Of a DNA stretch of 64,000 nucleotides, positions 15,722 through 29,700 are shown in pieces; within the stretch, counting starts at the first letter, position 1; the number at the start of each line of letters is the position of its first letter. The DNA lies in NCBI RefSeq assembly GCF_009914755.1, contig NC_060944.1, one strand, 5' to 3'. The notes under the pieces are model-generated. The model was not told the origin of the DNA. It saw nothing but the letters and a program-made list of their open reading frames with translations, and searched no databases. The DNA comes from the human T2T-CHM13v2.0 reference genome, Homo sapiens. The position numbers and the translations under genes were made by a program.

Positions 15722-16464
15722 TGTGATGGTTGTTTTGTGTGTCAACTTGACTGGGTCACAGGGTGCCCAGATAGCTGGTTAAACGTGGTTTCTTGTGTAT
15801 CTGTGAAGCTGTTTCCAGAAGAGACCAGCATTTGAATTGGTGGACTGAGTAAAGCCGATGGCTCTCCCCCCCGTGTGGATGGGCATCATTCAATCTGTTG
15901 AGAGCCAGAATAAAACAAAAAGGCAGAGGAAGGGCAAACGCTTTCTCTTCTGAAACTGGGCCATCCATCTTCTCCCATCCTCAGACATTGAAGCTCTTGG
16001 TTCTCGGGTCTCCAGGCTCAGCCAGGTCTTAGCACATTGGCTTCTGAGTTCTTGGGTGGAAGAACTGCCTGACTGCTTGAGTTGGGACATGGATCTTCTG
16101 CCCTCTGTGCTTCTAGTCCTCAGGCTTTCAGACTGGACTGGAATCCACACCATTGGCTCTCCAGTTCTTGGGCCTTTGAACTACAGCACTAGGCTTCCTG
16201 AATCCCCAGCTTGCAGATGGCAAATTGTAGGACTTCTTGACCCCCATAATCATGTGAGCCAATGGCTTATAATAAATCTCCTTTTTCTAGATATATATCT
16301 GGAAATATATTTATTCATATAATTCTTACATTTATAATTTATATTCATATAATTTGTCACATTATTATTATATATTATATATAACAGCACACATTGAAGA
16401 TATATAGATTTATATCTCCACTATCCTACTGATTCTGTTTCCCTGGAGAACCCTGACTACTGTA
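15722..16464 (+). mobile_element. MLT2 (ERVL) solo LTR
   Basis: Starts 'tgtgatggttgttttgtgtgtcaacttgactggg', ends 'gattctgtttccctggagaaccctgacta'; internal AT-rich tract; 5-bp TSD ccaag (15717-15721 / 16465-16469). Confidence 0.85.
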
Positions 16465-16734
16465 CCAAGTGTAGTAGCATTCTGGGTAACCCACCATATC
16501 CCAGGATGATCACCCACATACATGCTGCAACTGCCCCTTTCCTGGCCTTATTTTTTTCTCTCTTTTCTTCCTTTCTTCCTTATCGAATATTTATGACATA
16601 GGATTACTTATACTCAGAGATAGGGCCAAGCTTGTCTCCCACAAAGATGAAAGAGTTGTATAAACTCACCTCAAAGATGCTCCAGAAAGGAAATCAAAAC
16701 AGTTTCAGAACTTGAATAGGAATCAGGAAAGAAT

Positions 16735-16926
16735 CAGTGTTAAAGTATATTTCTCAAAATACAAATCACCTAGGGTGGGAGTGGGGGCTTGTGGAAGTTC
16801 ACATTCCCAGGTCCTGCTCAGATGGACTGAATCAAAACACTAGAGATGGGTCTTGAGTTCAACATTTTGAGCAAACTTGCATTATTTGTTTGCTTGTGGT
16901 TGCACACAAGTTTGAGAACCAATGCC
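16735..16926. mobile_element. MER5-type hAT element
   Basis: 'aatcacctaggg...attcccaggtcc...actgaatcaaaacact...gtttgagaacca'. Confidence 0.55.
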
Positions 16927-19169
16927 ATAGATATTCAGGAACAAGGACATATGCAGGAGCTGCATTTTAGGAAGCTAAGTCCAGCAGTTTATGTAATATG
17001 CACTAAGGGGAGGGGGTGCTGGACACCTGGAGAAGATCAAAGAAGGATGGAGGCACTTGCAGTAATCCAAGTGTGAAGGCAGAGCCTCGAGTCAGGTCTT
17101 GTAGAAGCAGAGCCAGAGAGAGGGGTGTGGGTGCCCATGACTGGAGGGAGGACTCAGGAGGAAGAGACGGAGGGAAGCAGAACAAGTCAGGGAAGGAGTG
17201 AGATGGCCTCATATCCGCTGCAGTCACACCTCAGCCTGGCCCCGCTGGGGGCTCTGGAGCAGGGGCTGCACTGTGGCATTGATCCACCTTGACTCACAGG
17301 CACCATGTTTGTAATGTGGCTATTTCCAGCCAGCACACACAACAGCTGGGGGTGTGACCACTCAGTAAAATGAATTGGGCAGGGCACCTGCAGAGTTATA
17401 ATACATCAACCCTGGAACAATACACACCCCTTCAAATTTACTGACAGGCCAATTTTCAAGCCAAAAATACAGTCCTCAAAAGGGTGTCAGTGGCTGGCCA
17501 AGGGAGGTATTAGTGGTGTTAGAAGGAGAAAAGGAATCAATCCCTAGAGAAGATGCTACTTCTTCAGGGTCTGATGATTTCATTTGCAAGGATTTTTATT
17601 GGTGTTTTTTCTAAGCAAAGTTTACTGGAAAATACTAAAAGAGACCCATGGCAGGGACTGGAAAGGGAAGAGGAAGAAGTGACTAAGCTGATGTTTTACG
17701 CATGACTGACTGGGACGATAACAGTATCAGAACAGAAAGGACCACATTCAAGTCTTCTTTTCTGTTTCTCAGATGTTCACTAGAGCCATATCTGACCAAC
17801 CAAGTTCCTTCAGGAGGGACTCAATCCTGAGATCGTCAATTCATCTTTCTCTCACAATAGCTTCATTAAAAACCCCACAATTCAATGCTGACAAATCCCC
17901 ATTACTTCTCATTATAAATCTTAAAACCATAAGAATTAGCGTCTTCCTTACTACATAAACTTCCAGACCTCAAATCTCACCTTTTTTGGGTAAGGGTAAG
18001 CTATTTGTTGACATTTGCACAAACTTTTGCCTGGCAGAAAATTTTTAAATAATTTCTAAAGAATCATTCAAATAAAATGCCAGACCCAGGAAGAAAGAAC
18101 CATTTCACTCACCAACAACAATAACGTCTCCCTCAGCCATCTATCCACACACGTCCAGGCACATCCCTTTTTGGTTTGGAACTGGTCAGGTGTGCACTGT
18201 GAAGGCATGACAAGTTGCTTCAGGAAAAGAACGATCAGGTGCACAGGCTGAGGCAGGCAGACAGGCTCTTATCTCTATCCCCAGTAGATCCATCACAGGG
18301 CATAAGAACAGCATAGCTCTTTGAGTAACTGGTTTCTGTGTAAGCAATATATGACATTTCACAGACATTAGGCTCCCTCTGGGAATTCTTCTTCTGCATG
18401 GCTCCTTTACAAAACGAGATCCTCTTCAAGACTGGTTGGTGCATCTTGGTCAATAAGAAGAACATCAGCTCTATCATCATCTAACCCTTGAGGGTTTTCA
18501 TTTAAATTATTGATTACTACCCACTATTGTAAAACAGCCTTACTATATCTTGAGTAAAATGCCACTTTTACAACCCTTGGTCTCTACTTTATATTTTTAT
18601 TATGAGCTTTTCAGATCCTCCTGATATGGATTTAGCTTACAATGGTCAATGAAAAACAATCCAAACAACCAACACGTATGAATAAAGACAAAACAAAAAA
18701 ATTTAGAACCCAGAAGTCATTTGGCTTTGACTCTGTCCAATGCCAGCTGAGTCCATTTTTCTTGTCCTATTTTCTCTGCTAAATGAGCCCCCAAAACTCG
18801 TTCCAGAGAAGTGAATAAAATGCATGACTCAGGATTCCCATCTCATTTATCTCCTGCCTCATGGAACCAGAAGCCCCTTTTGTCCTCCATCAATCCCTGT
18901 TTAAATAATATTCCCACCTGCAATAAACTCTTTCTTCAGTCTCCACCAAAGGGCCAGCCCGTTGCATGCACCAACCTTCACTGAGGGGTTCGGGGTCTGA
19001 GAAGTGACTGGCTTTGCCCTTCTATGCATGCTTGCTTTATTACTTAAGGTTATGACTTAATGCTACTTAATGAAAACCCTGGCTGGCGGGTCTGCAGAGC
19101 AATGCTTCAGAAAGGGCTCTGGATAGATAATCACCATTTGCCAGAGCCCCTCAGCATTCCCAGTGCCTC

Positions 19170-19540
<371 letters not shown>

Positions 19541-20248
19541 TGATCAAGGAGTTCATTCTTAGGTCAGGGAATCCATTCTGAGGTCAGGAAGTCCATTCTG
19601 AGTTCAGAAAGTTCATTCTGAGGTCAGAGAGTTCATTCCTAGGTCAGGGAGTCCATTCTTAGGTCGGGGAATCCATTCTGAGGTCAGGGAGTTCATTCTG
19701 AGTTCAGAGAGTTCATTCTGAGGTCAGAGAGTCCATTCTGAGGTCAGGGAGTCCATTCTGAGGTCAGGGAGTTCATTCTGAGGTCGGGGAGTTCATTCTG
19801 AGGTCAAGGGTCCATTCTGATGGCAGAAAGTTCATTCTTAAGTAAAGAAGTTCATTCTGAGGTCAGGCAGTTCATTCCTAGGTCAGGAAGTTCCTGTTTA
19901 GGTTGGGGAGTCTATTATTAGGTCAGGGGATTCATGCTTGGGTCAGGAAGTTTATTCTTAGGTTGAAGAGTCTATTCTTAGGTTAGGGAATCCATTATTG
20001 CTTCGGGAGTTCATTCTCAGGTTGGAGGTTCATTCTTAGGTGGGGGATTTATTCTTAGGTCAGGGGGTCCATTCTGAGGTCAGAGAGTCTATTCTGAGGT
20101 CAGGGAATCCATTCTGAGGTCAGAAAGTTCATTCTTAGGCCCAGGAATTCATTCTGAGGTCAGAGAGTTTATTCTAATGTTGGGGAGTCCATCCTGAGGT
20201 GGGGGGGGGTCCTATTCTTAGGTCAGGGGGTCCATTCTGAGATCAGGA
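19541..20248 (+). repeat. Minisatellite, 20-bp unit, consensus AGGTCAGGGAGTTCATTCTG, about 35 copies
   Basis: Exact 20-bp periodicity visible at 19561-19800; more degenerate copies continue to about 20248. Confidence 0.95.
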
Positions 20249-20399
20249 AGCTCTAACCTAAAACAGTCTTTAGCTGGAATCCCAGTGTGGCCACTTAGTA
20301 GCTGAGTGGTCTTGAGTAAGTCAGGACCTCCAGGTCCACATGATGATCCCACCAGGTAGGCTCATTCCCTGGGCAAATCTCACTACTCAGCACCTGCTC

Positions 20400-20760
20400 T
20401 GTAGCAGAGATCCTGAGAGTGCCCATGTGTGGTGGGTGCTCAGTGTCCTCTTCAGATTCTGCTCCAAGGCCAGGGTACCCCTTCCACACTGGTGGCTGAG
20501 CGCCTTCTGCATCCTCACCAAACCCCCCGCTGGTCTAATGAGCAGCCTATGGAAGGGACACGGGGAACCCTTGCTTCAACTCTGCAGGTTTCCAAAGCTC
20601 CAAGCTCCCCAGGGGCCAGTGGAGGCCTCTGTTGCAGCAGCATCAAAGCCCCACTGCTCTCTTACCCTTCCCAGGTGGGACTCCCAAGATCCCCTCCCCA
20701 ACGAACCCCTACATGCAAATCTCCATCTCAGGGTCTGTTTCTAGGGGACTCAACCTGAGA
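20400..20760 (+). mobile_element. LTR16-like (ERVL) LTR 3' part
   Basis: Ends 'catgcaaatctccatctcagggtctgtttctaggggactcaacctgagac', the characteristic LTR16 terminus. Confidence 0.6.
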
Positions 20761-20840
20761 CGTACTTCATAATGTTGCTGCAATCATCTAGGACAGAATA
20801 ATCATAAATAGCAAAGCTCTGAAAAATGTTAAAACGTAAG

Positions 20841-20853
20841 TAGTAGCAGTAGT

Positions 20854-20897
<44 letters not shown>

Positions 20898-20915
20898 CAG
20901 CAGTAGTAGTAGTAG
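20841..20915 (+). repeat. Interrupted trinucleotide repeat (TAG)2 CAG (TAG)2 (CAG)12 (TAG)2 (CAG)2 (TAG)4
   Basis: Read directly: 25 in-phase YAG triplets; pure CAG run at 20856-20891. Confidence 0.97.
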
Positions 20916-21366
20916 TATTTTGTTATTGTCAACATTCTCATCATGAGGGTCTTATGGCCTGGACTCTGGCCTGTGGGTCTCAACCCTCCCATGGCCTCCT
21001 GCAACCATCTCTCCCCTACCCCTCCATAGCACATAGCCTTATAGATTAAAATGTTCCTAATGGCCCCCAAACTGGTTGTGGCTCCCCCAGTGCTTGGGGG
21101 ATTTCAGAGGGGCTGGGTAACAGTTTGGCTTCTGCAGCCATTTCTGAATTTCACTTTTGGTTTGTTCATGCTGTGCTGATGCTTCAGGAGTTGACCACAA
21201 AGTAGCCACCAGTCACCAAAGTGGCACAGGCTGGCCTGAGGGTCATGAGCCGACCCACTGGGCCATGAGTAACAGAGGCAAGCTGGCTACTTGGCTTCCC
21301 CTCACATTTCAAACCCGTTAAGCCAGGCAGGGGTGTGGGCACGCTGAAAGAACGTTCTTGTTCTCA

Positions 21367-21807
<441 letters not shown>

Positions 21808-21854
21808 CTAAGGATAAATCTTCCGAAGAGCGGCCCTCACATGGGTGGTCCAGA

Positions 21855-22401
21855 TGAGGCAGAAGAATAGGGTCTGGAGGCAGGGAACCTAAGGCCATTT
21901 CAAGCTGACTTCCTAGTACTAAATTCAAAGTAAAGCCCTAACTTTCCACACCTTAGTAACAAAAAGATCAGAAATCACTCCCTTTGCAAACCCTCACCTT
22001 TTCTGTGCAGCAGATGCGAAACTGAAAATACCTCTGATTGGTTGCTTTGTGCAACCAATCAGATGTTGCATAGGAGCGTAACTTTGTAACTTCACTTCAG
22101 CCTCTGATTGGTTGCAGAAAGCAGGCCGCCACTTCATTTACACCGGGTGAACACCAAGTGGCCAATGGGAAACCTCTAAGGGGCATTTGGACTCTGTAGA
22201 TTCTATATCCTGGACCTTGAGCTGCTGCTCCACCCATTCCCACACTGTGGAGTGTACTTTCATTTTCAATAAATATCTGTTTTTGCTCTTTCATTGCTTC
22301 ATTCTTTCCTTGCTTTGCTGTGCATTTTATCTAATTCTTTGTTCAAAACACCAAGAACCTGGACAACTTGCAGTCAAGACCAAGACCGTCTACTGATAAC
22401 A
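21855..22401 (+). mobile_element. ERV1 solo LTR (MER51-like)
   Basis: Starts 'TGAGGCAGAAGAATAGGGTCTGGAGGCAGGGAACCTAAGGCC', ends 'gataACA'; flanks caga/cagg (near 4-bp TSD); AATAAA at about 22268. Confidence 0.75.
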
Positions 22402-23865
22402 CAGGTCAGATACTTCACAGCCTGCTACTGAGGGATGCTGTGGAGCTTCCAGGGCCCAGGATCCTTGTTGGATCCACAACTTTCCAAGTGGCCCTCAGCA
22501 CTCTGTGACCCCCACGTGGCAGCCTCCTCCCAGGAGAGACTTCTAGCCTGTATTAGCTTCATGCCAGCCTCCCTGTGTGGCTGTTCATACAATATGATGG
22601 CTGTGTTCCTTACCCAAAGCCTCTGTTCCCCATGGGCAGGAATGCCCTTGGAAGAGGAGCACCAGCGGGGGACAGGCCAGACACAGGGCAGCAACCTCAT
22701 TAAATCTCATCCTTAGGGTCTTTGCTTTCTCTCATTTGGCACTTCTACCCAAATCTAGTCCCACTGCTAGATCCTGAGAAGACACCCATTTTTACATGCC
22801 ACAGAGCACTTTCCAGCACATTATTCTTCCTCTGAGCCCCCTGGGGTAGCTTGGGTTTGGCATGCTGACCCAGCACCCCATCCTTTATCTGGGATCTGAG
22901 TTGTCTCCACTAGTCACAGAGGTAGTTGCAAGAATGGGCCTCACCAATTAAATTACTTCATGCACTGTCACAGCTTAGTGCTTGCTGCCAACTCTGGCTG
23001 CATAATAAATATGCATTTGAAAAGGGCACAGCAGAGCCTGCTGAAGGCTCATCCATTGCACATCTGACAACTGATGTTTGCTGTCACTGGGGCCTCACTC
23101 AGCTCCTCCCCAAATAGGCCTGTCCATGTCCTCTTTCCAGCTGGCCTAGTCCAGGTTTCCTCACAGCATGGTAGCTGCATTCAAGGGTGAGCAGAGAGAG
23201 ACAGAGGTATGGGGAGTTGGAGGGAGAGAGAGAGAGAGAGGAAAAAAAAGAAGAGGGAGTGAGCACAGGTGAGCTGAGTGGAACCTGCATCACCTTCTAT
23301 GACCTAGCCTGGGAACTCCTCTCTTCCCAGATTAAACGGGAGGAACATAGACGCCACCTCTCAGTGAGAGCAATGTCAGTCATGTTGTTAGAGCAGGAGG
23401 TCTGGGACATCTTTAATTGTTCAGACGCCTTTGGGCAATGCAATCTGCCACCAGTGACATGCACTCAGTACCTACCTGAAGTCAGGTACCATGTGTGCAT
23501 CAGGTCATAGCAACCCTTTGATCTTGCCAAAGCCTTGAGGCAGATTAACTTGCCCAAGATCATGCAGCTGGTAAGTGGCAGAGCCAGCATTTGAACTGAG
23601 GATGCTCAGCTCCAGAGGTTTCTATGGACTTGAGTTTGTTCTCATAAATTTTGAGAGGTAATTGCATTCCTTATATATAAAAAGGAACAAGGCAAAAAGT
23701 ACAATAGAAGAACAGAATACTAGAAAAAAGGACCAGTCAGGAACATGAGATCATGAAAGTAAGCTTAGAAAATAAAGATATAATTGGCCAGATAAGGCAA
23801 ATAATAAGTCAATAGAAAGGATACACAATAAAGTTATTTGTTTGTTTTTAATTCCCAGGGCACAG

Positions 23866-23900
<35 letters not shown>

Positions 23901-26316
23901 AAAAGAAAGCAAGCAAGCAAGAGAGAGGCCAAAATTGCAAAAACAAGAGAAAGAGGAGAGAAAGTAAATGGGGGAAAGCCATAAAAAAAATAGAATAACT
24001 TTTCCAGAGGATGAAGGAAACCCATACAGACTGGAAAGGTCCAAGGATCATTAGGGAGTGACTCCAGGGGTAAAGGGCTTTTCAAGCAATGAGGGGTGCT
24101 CTGGAAAGGCTGGCCCATGAGATGAAGGGATTAAGGCACATTATTTTGTCAACAGCAAAAGCAACAAAGACAAAAACAATTAGGAATTCCAAGAAAAACA
24201 AGATCCTGTTCCATAAAGATATAGCCGAATAGAAAGTAAACTAAAATAAGCATGGTGTAAGGAGGGTTGGAAAAGAGAAGGCTGTACACTGGACTTTGAA
24301 TCTGGGAAAGTCACCCTTTAGGGGGTACAGACATCGTGGGAGAGAACAGAGCAAGTCCTACATGTGTGTGTTTCTATAGTAATCAACAGTTAGGCCTAAT
24401 AGTGAAAATGCTTCTTATTTCTTTTCAATGCTTAGACTCAATCTAGACAAAGAATAAACCTAATCATCGCTGTAGAACAGAAGGTAAATGTAGTCATCCT
24501 TGATGCTGTAAATGTGAAGACAGTTTTTACCATATTATCTAGAATTAGTTTTGATGGCATCTAACTGATAAGCTCAAAATGATGTAAACAAAATAGACTT
24601 GTAGTTCTCACTTGCCTAAAAGAGAACTTATCATAGCTCTATGAAATAAAGGGAGCCAAGTCCTTCCACCCTCCTCTCTACCATCCCTAGGATCTGGCCC
24701 ACATCTGCATGGTCCAAAATAGCAGCCAAAGTGCCAGCCATCACATCTGCATTTCAAGCAGTTGAATGAAGACATGGGAGATGGCCTAGCCTCCCTAGTT
24801 TTAGGAAGTCCCACACAACACTTCAAACTACATCTCATCAACCAGATGAGGTATATGCCACAGCTAGTGGGAGAGAAAGTAGGAAGCATGGTCTTCAGGC
24901 TGAGTGGCCACACGCAAGTCAGGGTTCTATTTCCACAGGTGGAGGAGAGCATGGAGGTGACAGCAGCTCAAGGGTTAGTCACAGAGATGGGACTTAGGAA
25001 GAGATGGTTGAGAGAACTGTTATCCCCGTCCGAGAGGGCAGAGAGTTAGACAACAGTCTCTATCATTGATGGAATAAGAAGCAGAGAGGAATTACATATT
25101 TAAAGCTCTAAAGGTCATCACTAGAACTAAATCTAATGAAATTAGCTAAGAGACTATTTTGTAAGATTCCATTGTAATAGTCATTGAAGATTGTCCAAAA
25201 TTGATAAGTCAAGCAATTGAATTACAAGCTCATTATTTAGAATTACAGAGGTAACTGCCAAAAGAACAAAAACATAGGAACAGTTGCAAGTGTTTACCCC
25301 ACGAGCCTGAATGCGAGGGAAAGCAAGGGGCAGGACAAGAGGTACCTGCTCTCCTTACAAACCTTCTATGCTCTTGGATCTCTGTACCACGAGTTGGAAC
25401 TTTGGCTTAAATTTTTAAATTAAATTAATGCAGCCTCTGCTTCCACTCGAGGCTGGGGACAGAAGAGAGAACCACTTGGCCTGTTGCTGACAGCTGCCAT
25501 CCCCCATCCCCATGAAGACAGGGCCCTCAAGGAATGCAGAGGGCAAGGCTGGGGAGGCTTGGGGCATGGCCAGCTCTCCTGTCAGGGTGCCCCTTTCCAA
25601 CTCAGCAGGGATGAGAATCCTCATCACCCGGAGTGCCCTCCAGGGGCCCACAGCTGGGAGCAGGAAGGGATACTGGGAATATTCCACCTGGGATGACATT
25701 CTGATGTCACGGGAGAAGGGGTAGGGTCGTGGGGAGGGGCAGGATCTTCTCGATGCCCCCACCCCTCGCTGGTCATAGGCACTGGCTGGCAAGAACGGGC
25801 TGCCTGGGGCCTTGCGCCGGCACCCTGAGCTGATCCCCCACATGCCATCGCGGTCATCCCATTGTACACTGTGCATTCATCGCCTCGGAACCATCCCGGG
25901 ACAAAGTGCCAAAGTCAGCCATTAGACCAAAATGCTCACCAGGAAGCATTTTTGAGACAGTACCTCAGAATTTGAAATAGAACCACACTAAAAGCTGTGC
26001 TGCTTTGGAGAGGCAGAGACCTCTGCTTTCCCAAACCGTTTCTAAAATATCCTAGAGAAAAACAAAAAAGCCTCTCTGAGCAGCCACCTGTCAAGACAAA
26101 GGAGATTATCTTGGACTTTTTAAATGCCCTATGTTTGATATAGGGAAGGAACACTTTGGTTTCTTGATCAGAAAAGGTGTCACTCAGATCCTGTCTACAA
26201 CGCAAGCAGAGCGGCTCTTGTCAAAGGCTAGACCACCCTCGTGTGGCTGCTTCTGTGAATGGCAATTCAGATTTGAAGAGCAAGACAGATCAGACAGCTT
26301 CAAAAGCGGGAAAACT

Positions 26317-26636
<320 letters not shown>

Positions 26637-26740
26637 TCAAGGCTGAACTAATTGCAGAAGAGTGTAAAATAATAATTTACTTCATTAAAAAAGCTGCAGA
26701 GCACTTTTCAACCCAGGCTACTTTTATTCTCTAGTCAAGA

Positions 26741-26908
26741 GCAGTTGTTTTCAAAGTGTGGTCCCGGCTTTCCAGTATGACTAGAAATTGGTTAGAAATG
26801 CAAATTCTGGCCTCCCTTGGCCCTGCTATGTCTGAAACTTTGAAGCTAAGGCTCTGGCACCCTAGTGTTAGCAAGGATTCTGACGCTCCCTCACTTTGAG
26901 AACTGTAG
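26741..26908. mobile_element. MER5A
   Basis: 'cagttgttttcaaagtgtggtcc...gttagaaatgcaaattct...gattctgacgc...tttgagaactg'. Confidence 0.75.
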
Positions 26909-27046
26909 TTTGCATTAGATTTGTTACTGTCTGGCACCAAAAGAGAGCTGTTAGCCAAGGCATTGACCCTTCAAGGGACCAGGAAAACCCATCTAGACAT
27001 TCTTCAGGTGTTTCAACAGTGAGAGAAAGTCCTTTCTTTGCTCCCT

Positions 27047-27330
27047 AGCTTAGACAGAGTCCCCAGCAGCAGCCCCTGAGACAACAATTGCACTGCAAGC
27101 CACTTATTTGAGAGGTGATCCCAGGGGCACCTGTTGGGGTATGGGGATGTGAGGTAGGGCAGGGGGAAGCCAGTACAGGGGCAGCACTGCAGGTGCCTGG
27201 CTCAGTCCCTGGGGAGCTCCGGGATGATGCGGGGTGTGCCTCAGAGATGTCCTGCCTGAGGGACTGGAAGGGTTGGAACCCTCCAATTCCCATCTGTCCT
27301 TATTGAAGGATGCTCTTGGGTGTTAACTCT
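27047..27330 (-). mobile_element. LTR16-like LTR fragment
   Basis: 'tgcaagccacttatttgagaggtgatcccaggggcacc' is the reverse complement of the LTR16 poly(A) region. Confidence 0.55.
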
Positions 27331-28669
27331 GGGCATTCCTGCCCTGCCATGAGTAAGGTCCAAGACTGTGGCCAGAAAACCCTGGTCTGGAAAGGAGTGA
27401 AGAGGGTATCTCACTGTCTGCTCCACTCAGCTTTCCCAGGCTGCAGGGGGAGACAAAAAGTGCTTGCCGCTCACTTCTGAGCTCTCAAGACTCTTTGATT
27501 CCTTATTCAAAGCCCACTCATCAATCAAGGCCTCTCTCAAGTCCCATCTTTGCCAAGCACCTCAGCATCTCCCACTTGGGAGCAGCCTCTCTCCGCACAC
27601 AGACCAGCCCTCAGATCCATGCATCACTAAAACGTCTCTGCTGATGCTGGGCAAACCAGGGCCTCGCCCTGGGCCCACACGGCCTGGCCGAACACTGGGG
27701 AGAGAGCGAGAAATGAATGCCACAAAAGGGGCACAGGAATGTTCAGAGGGGGGAACACCACAGACCTTTCCACAAAGTGGGATGGCTGTAAAGAGAAGGT
27801 GGCATCTGAGCCAGTCCCTGAAGGATAGCGGAAATGTGTGCAGAAATGGGGGCAAGGTACACAAGGCAGAGAGGGCAGCCTAAGGACTGCGGCAAGCAGC
27901 ATGGATTCCGCGTGGCCGAAACATGGCACGGGGGAGAATGGTGGGAACCCAGCTCATGTCTTATTATGGAGGGCCTCGGGTCTGGGACCCTAGTCTAGGA
28001 TATGGGGAGCTCACAAGTAGGGATACTGCAGAGTGAGAGTTGTGCCCCAGGCAAGTCCCTTTGAGGAGCATGTGTGTTTCAGGACCAGAAAAGTCAGTGA
28101 CCCGTTAAGAGAGGAAGAGAAGATGGGAGTGGAGTTGGGGTAATTGTGCCACAAGAGCTGCACCCACTACTCAGGCATTCTTCAGGTATCCACATGCCAA
28201 CATCAGGGAGCAGGTACCCTGATTTTACAGGCTCAGAGGGTTAGATCATTCACAGGAGGTCACGCAGGTCTATCTGACTCCAAGTTCGCATGCTCTTTCT
28301 GCTCTATCCACCAGGATTGTTCAAATGGCCCCAGAGAAAGACAGCTGAGCCCAAACTCCAGACCCACAGTAGGAGCTGCAGGGGCATAAGCGACTCAGCA
28401 AGGCTGAAGTAAGTGTGAGCCTCAGAGCATGAGAGGAATGGCTGGCCCCAGCCCCCAGTCCTGAATCAGGAGGAAGGGACACAGACACTGGCCCCAGCCC
28501 TCAGCTCTCAGAGTCAGGAGGAAGGGACATATGGCAGCTAGGAGACAAAGCATCTAGAAGCAGAGGAACCCAGTGGCCATGAGGTCACGAAAGTCACCTC
28601 CAGTCACTTGGACCAGAAGACATGCCTTTGGGCAGCTGGCATGTCAACTGAGCCTCGAGGAAAGAGAAT

Positions 28670-29700
28670 TTTTTTTTTCTGTTTAATAATTTCTTGAGGT
28701 GAAGTTTATATAAAATGGGCTATTTTAATGCAAACAATTCAACGGCTTTTAGCAGTTTCACAATATCGTCCAACCTCTATCAGTTCCAGAACATTTTCAT
28801 GACTCAAAAGCCTGGTACCCATGAAGCTGCTTCTCCCCATTCCTCCCTGCCCACAGCCCCTGGCAAACATCATTCGGCATTCTCTCTGCGGATTCACCTA
28901 TTCTGGATATTCCACAGAAATGGAATCCTACAACAGGTGACTTCTGTGTATGGCTTCTTTCACCATGTTTTCAAGGTTCATCTACATTGCAGCATGTATC
29001 AGTACTTCATTTATTTTTATTTATTTTAGAAATGGGGTTTCTGTTGTCCAGGCTGCAGTGCAGTGGCATAATCATCGCTCACTGCAGCCTTGAACTCCTG
29101 AGCTCTAGAGATCCTCCTACATTATCTTCCCAAATAGCTAGTACTACAGGTGTGACCCACCACAGCTAGCAAGTTTTTTTTATTTTTTGTAGAGGCTAGG
29201 TCTCATGATGTTGCCCAGGCTGGTGTGGAACTCCTGGCCCCAAGCAATCCTCCTGCGTCAGCCTCTCAAAGCACTGGGACTACAGGCATAAGCCACCACA
29301 CCTGGCCAGTACTTTATTTTTCATGGCTGAATAATATTCCATTGTATGGGTATACCACATTTTGTTTATTCATTCATCCATTGGACATTTGGATTGTTTT
29401 TAATTTTTGGCTATTATGAACAATCATGAACAAATACTCACTTGAGTACCTATTTTCAATTCTTTTGGGTATTTACCTAGAAGTAGAATTGCTAGGTCAT
29501 ATGGCAGTTCTATGCTGAATTTTTTTTGGACTCATCGTACAGTTTTTTACAGTGACTGAACCATTTTACATTCCCACCAGCGATGCACAAGGGTTCCAAT
29601 TTCCCCACATTCTCACCAACATTTGTTATTTTCTATTTTTTGATTCTAGGCATCCTAAGATTGCAGAATGGCACCTCATTGGGGTTTTGATTTGCATGTC
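28670..29700 (-). mobile_element. L1M fragment interrupted by AluJ
   Basis: 'cctattctggatattccacagaaatggaatc', 'catggctgaataatattccattgtatgg', 'agaagtagaattgctaggtcatatgg', 'ttttacattcccaccagc'. Confidence 0.85.
29010..29308 (-). mobile_element. AluJ-like
   Basis: 'gctcactgcagccttgaactcctg', 'gatgttgcccaggctgg', 'caagcaatcctcctgc' are J-type diagnostics. Confidence 0.9.

Noticed and set aside
18370-18510. Acidic protein-like minus-strand frame (NLNENPQGLDDDRADVLLIDQDAPTSLEEDLVL*RSHAEEEF)
   Set aside because: Short, stop-interrupted and not recognisable as any family; cannot support a pseudogene call without tBLASTn
19541-20248. CRISPR-like interpretation of the repeat array
   Set aside because: Units are head-to-tail with no unique spacers, in mammalian DNA; it is a minisatellite
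20750-21070. Poly-Cys/Tyr ORF on the minus strand
   Set aside because: Only a translation of the CTG/CTA repeat; TTG start and no gene context
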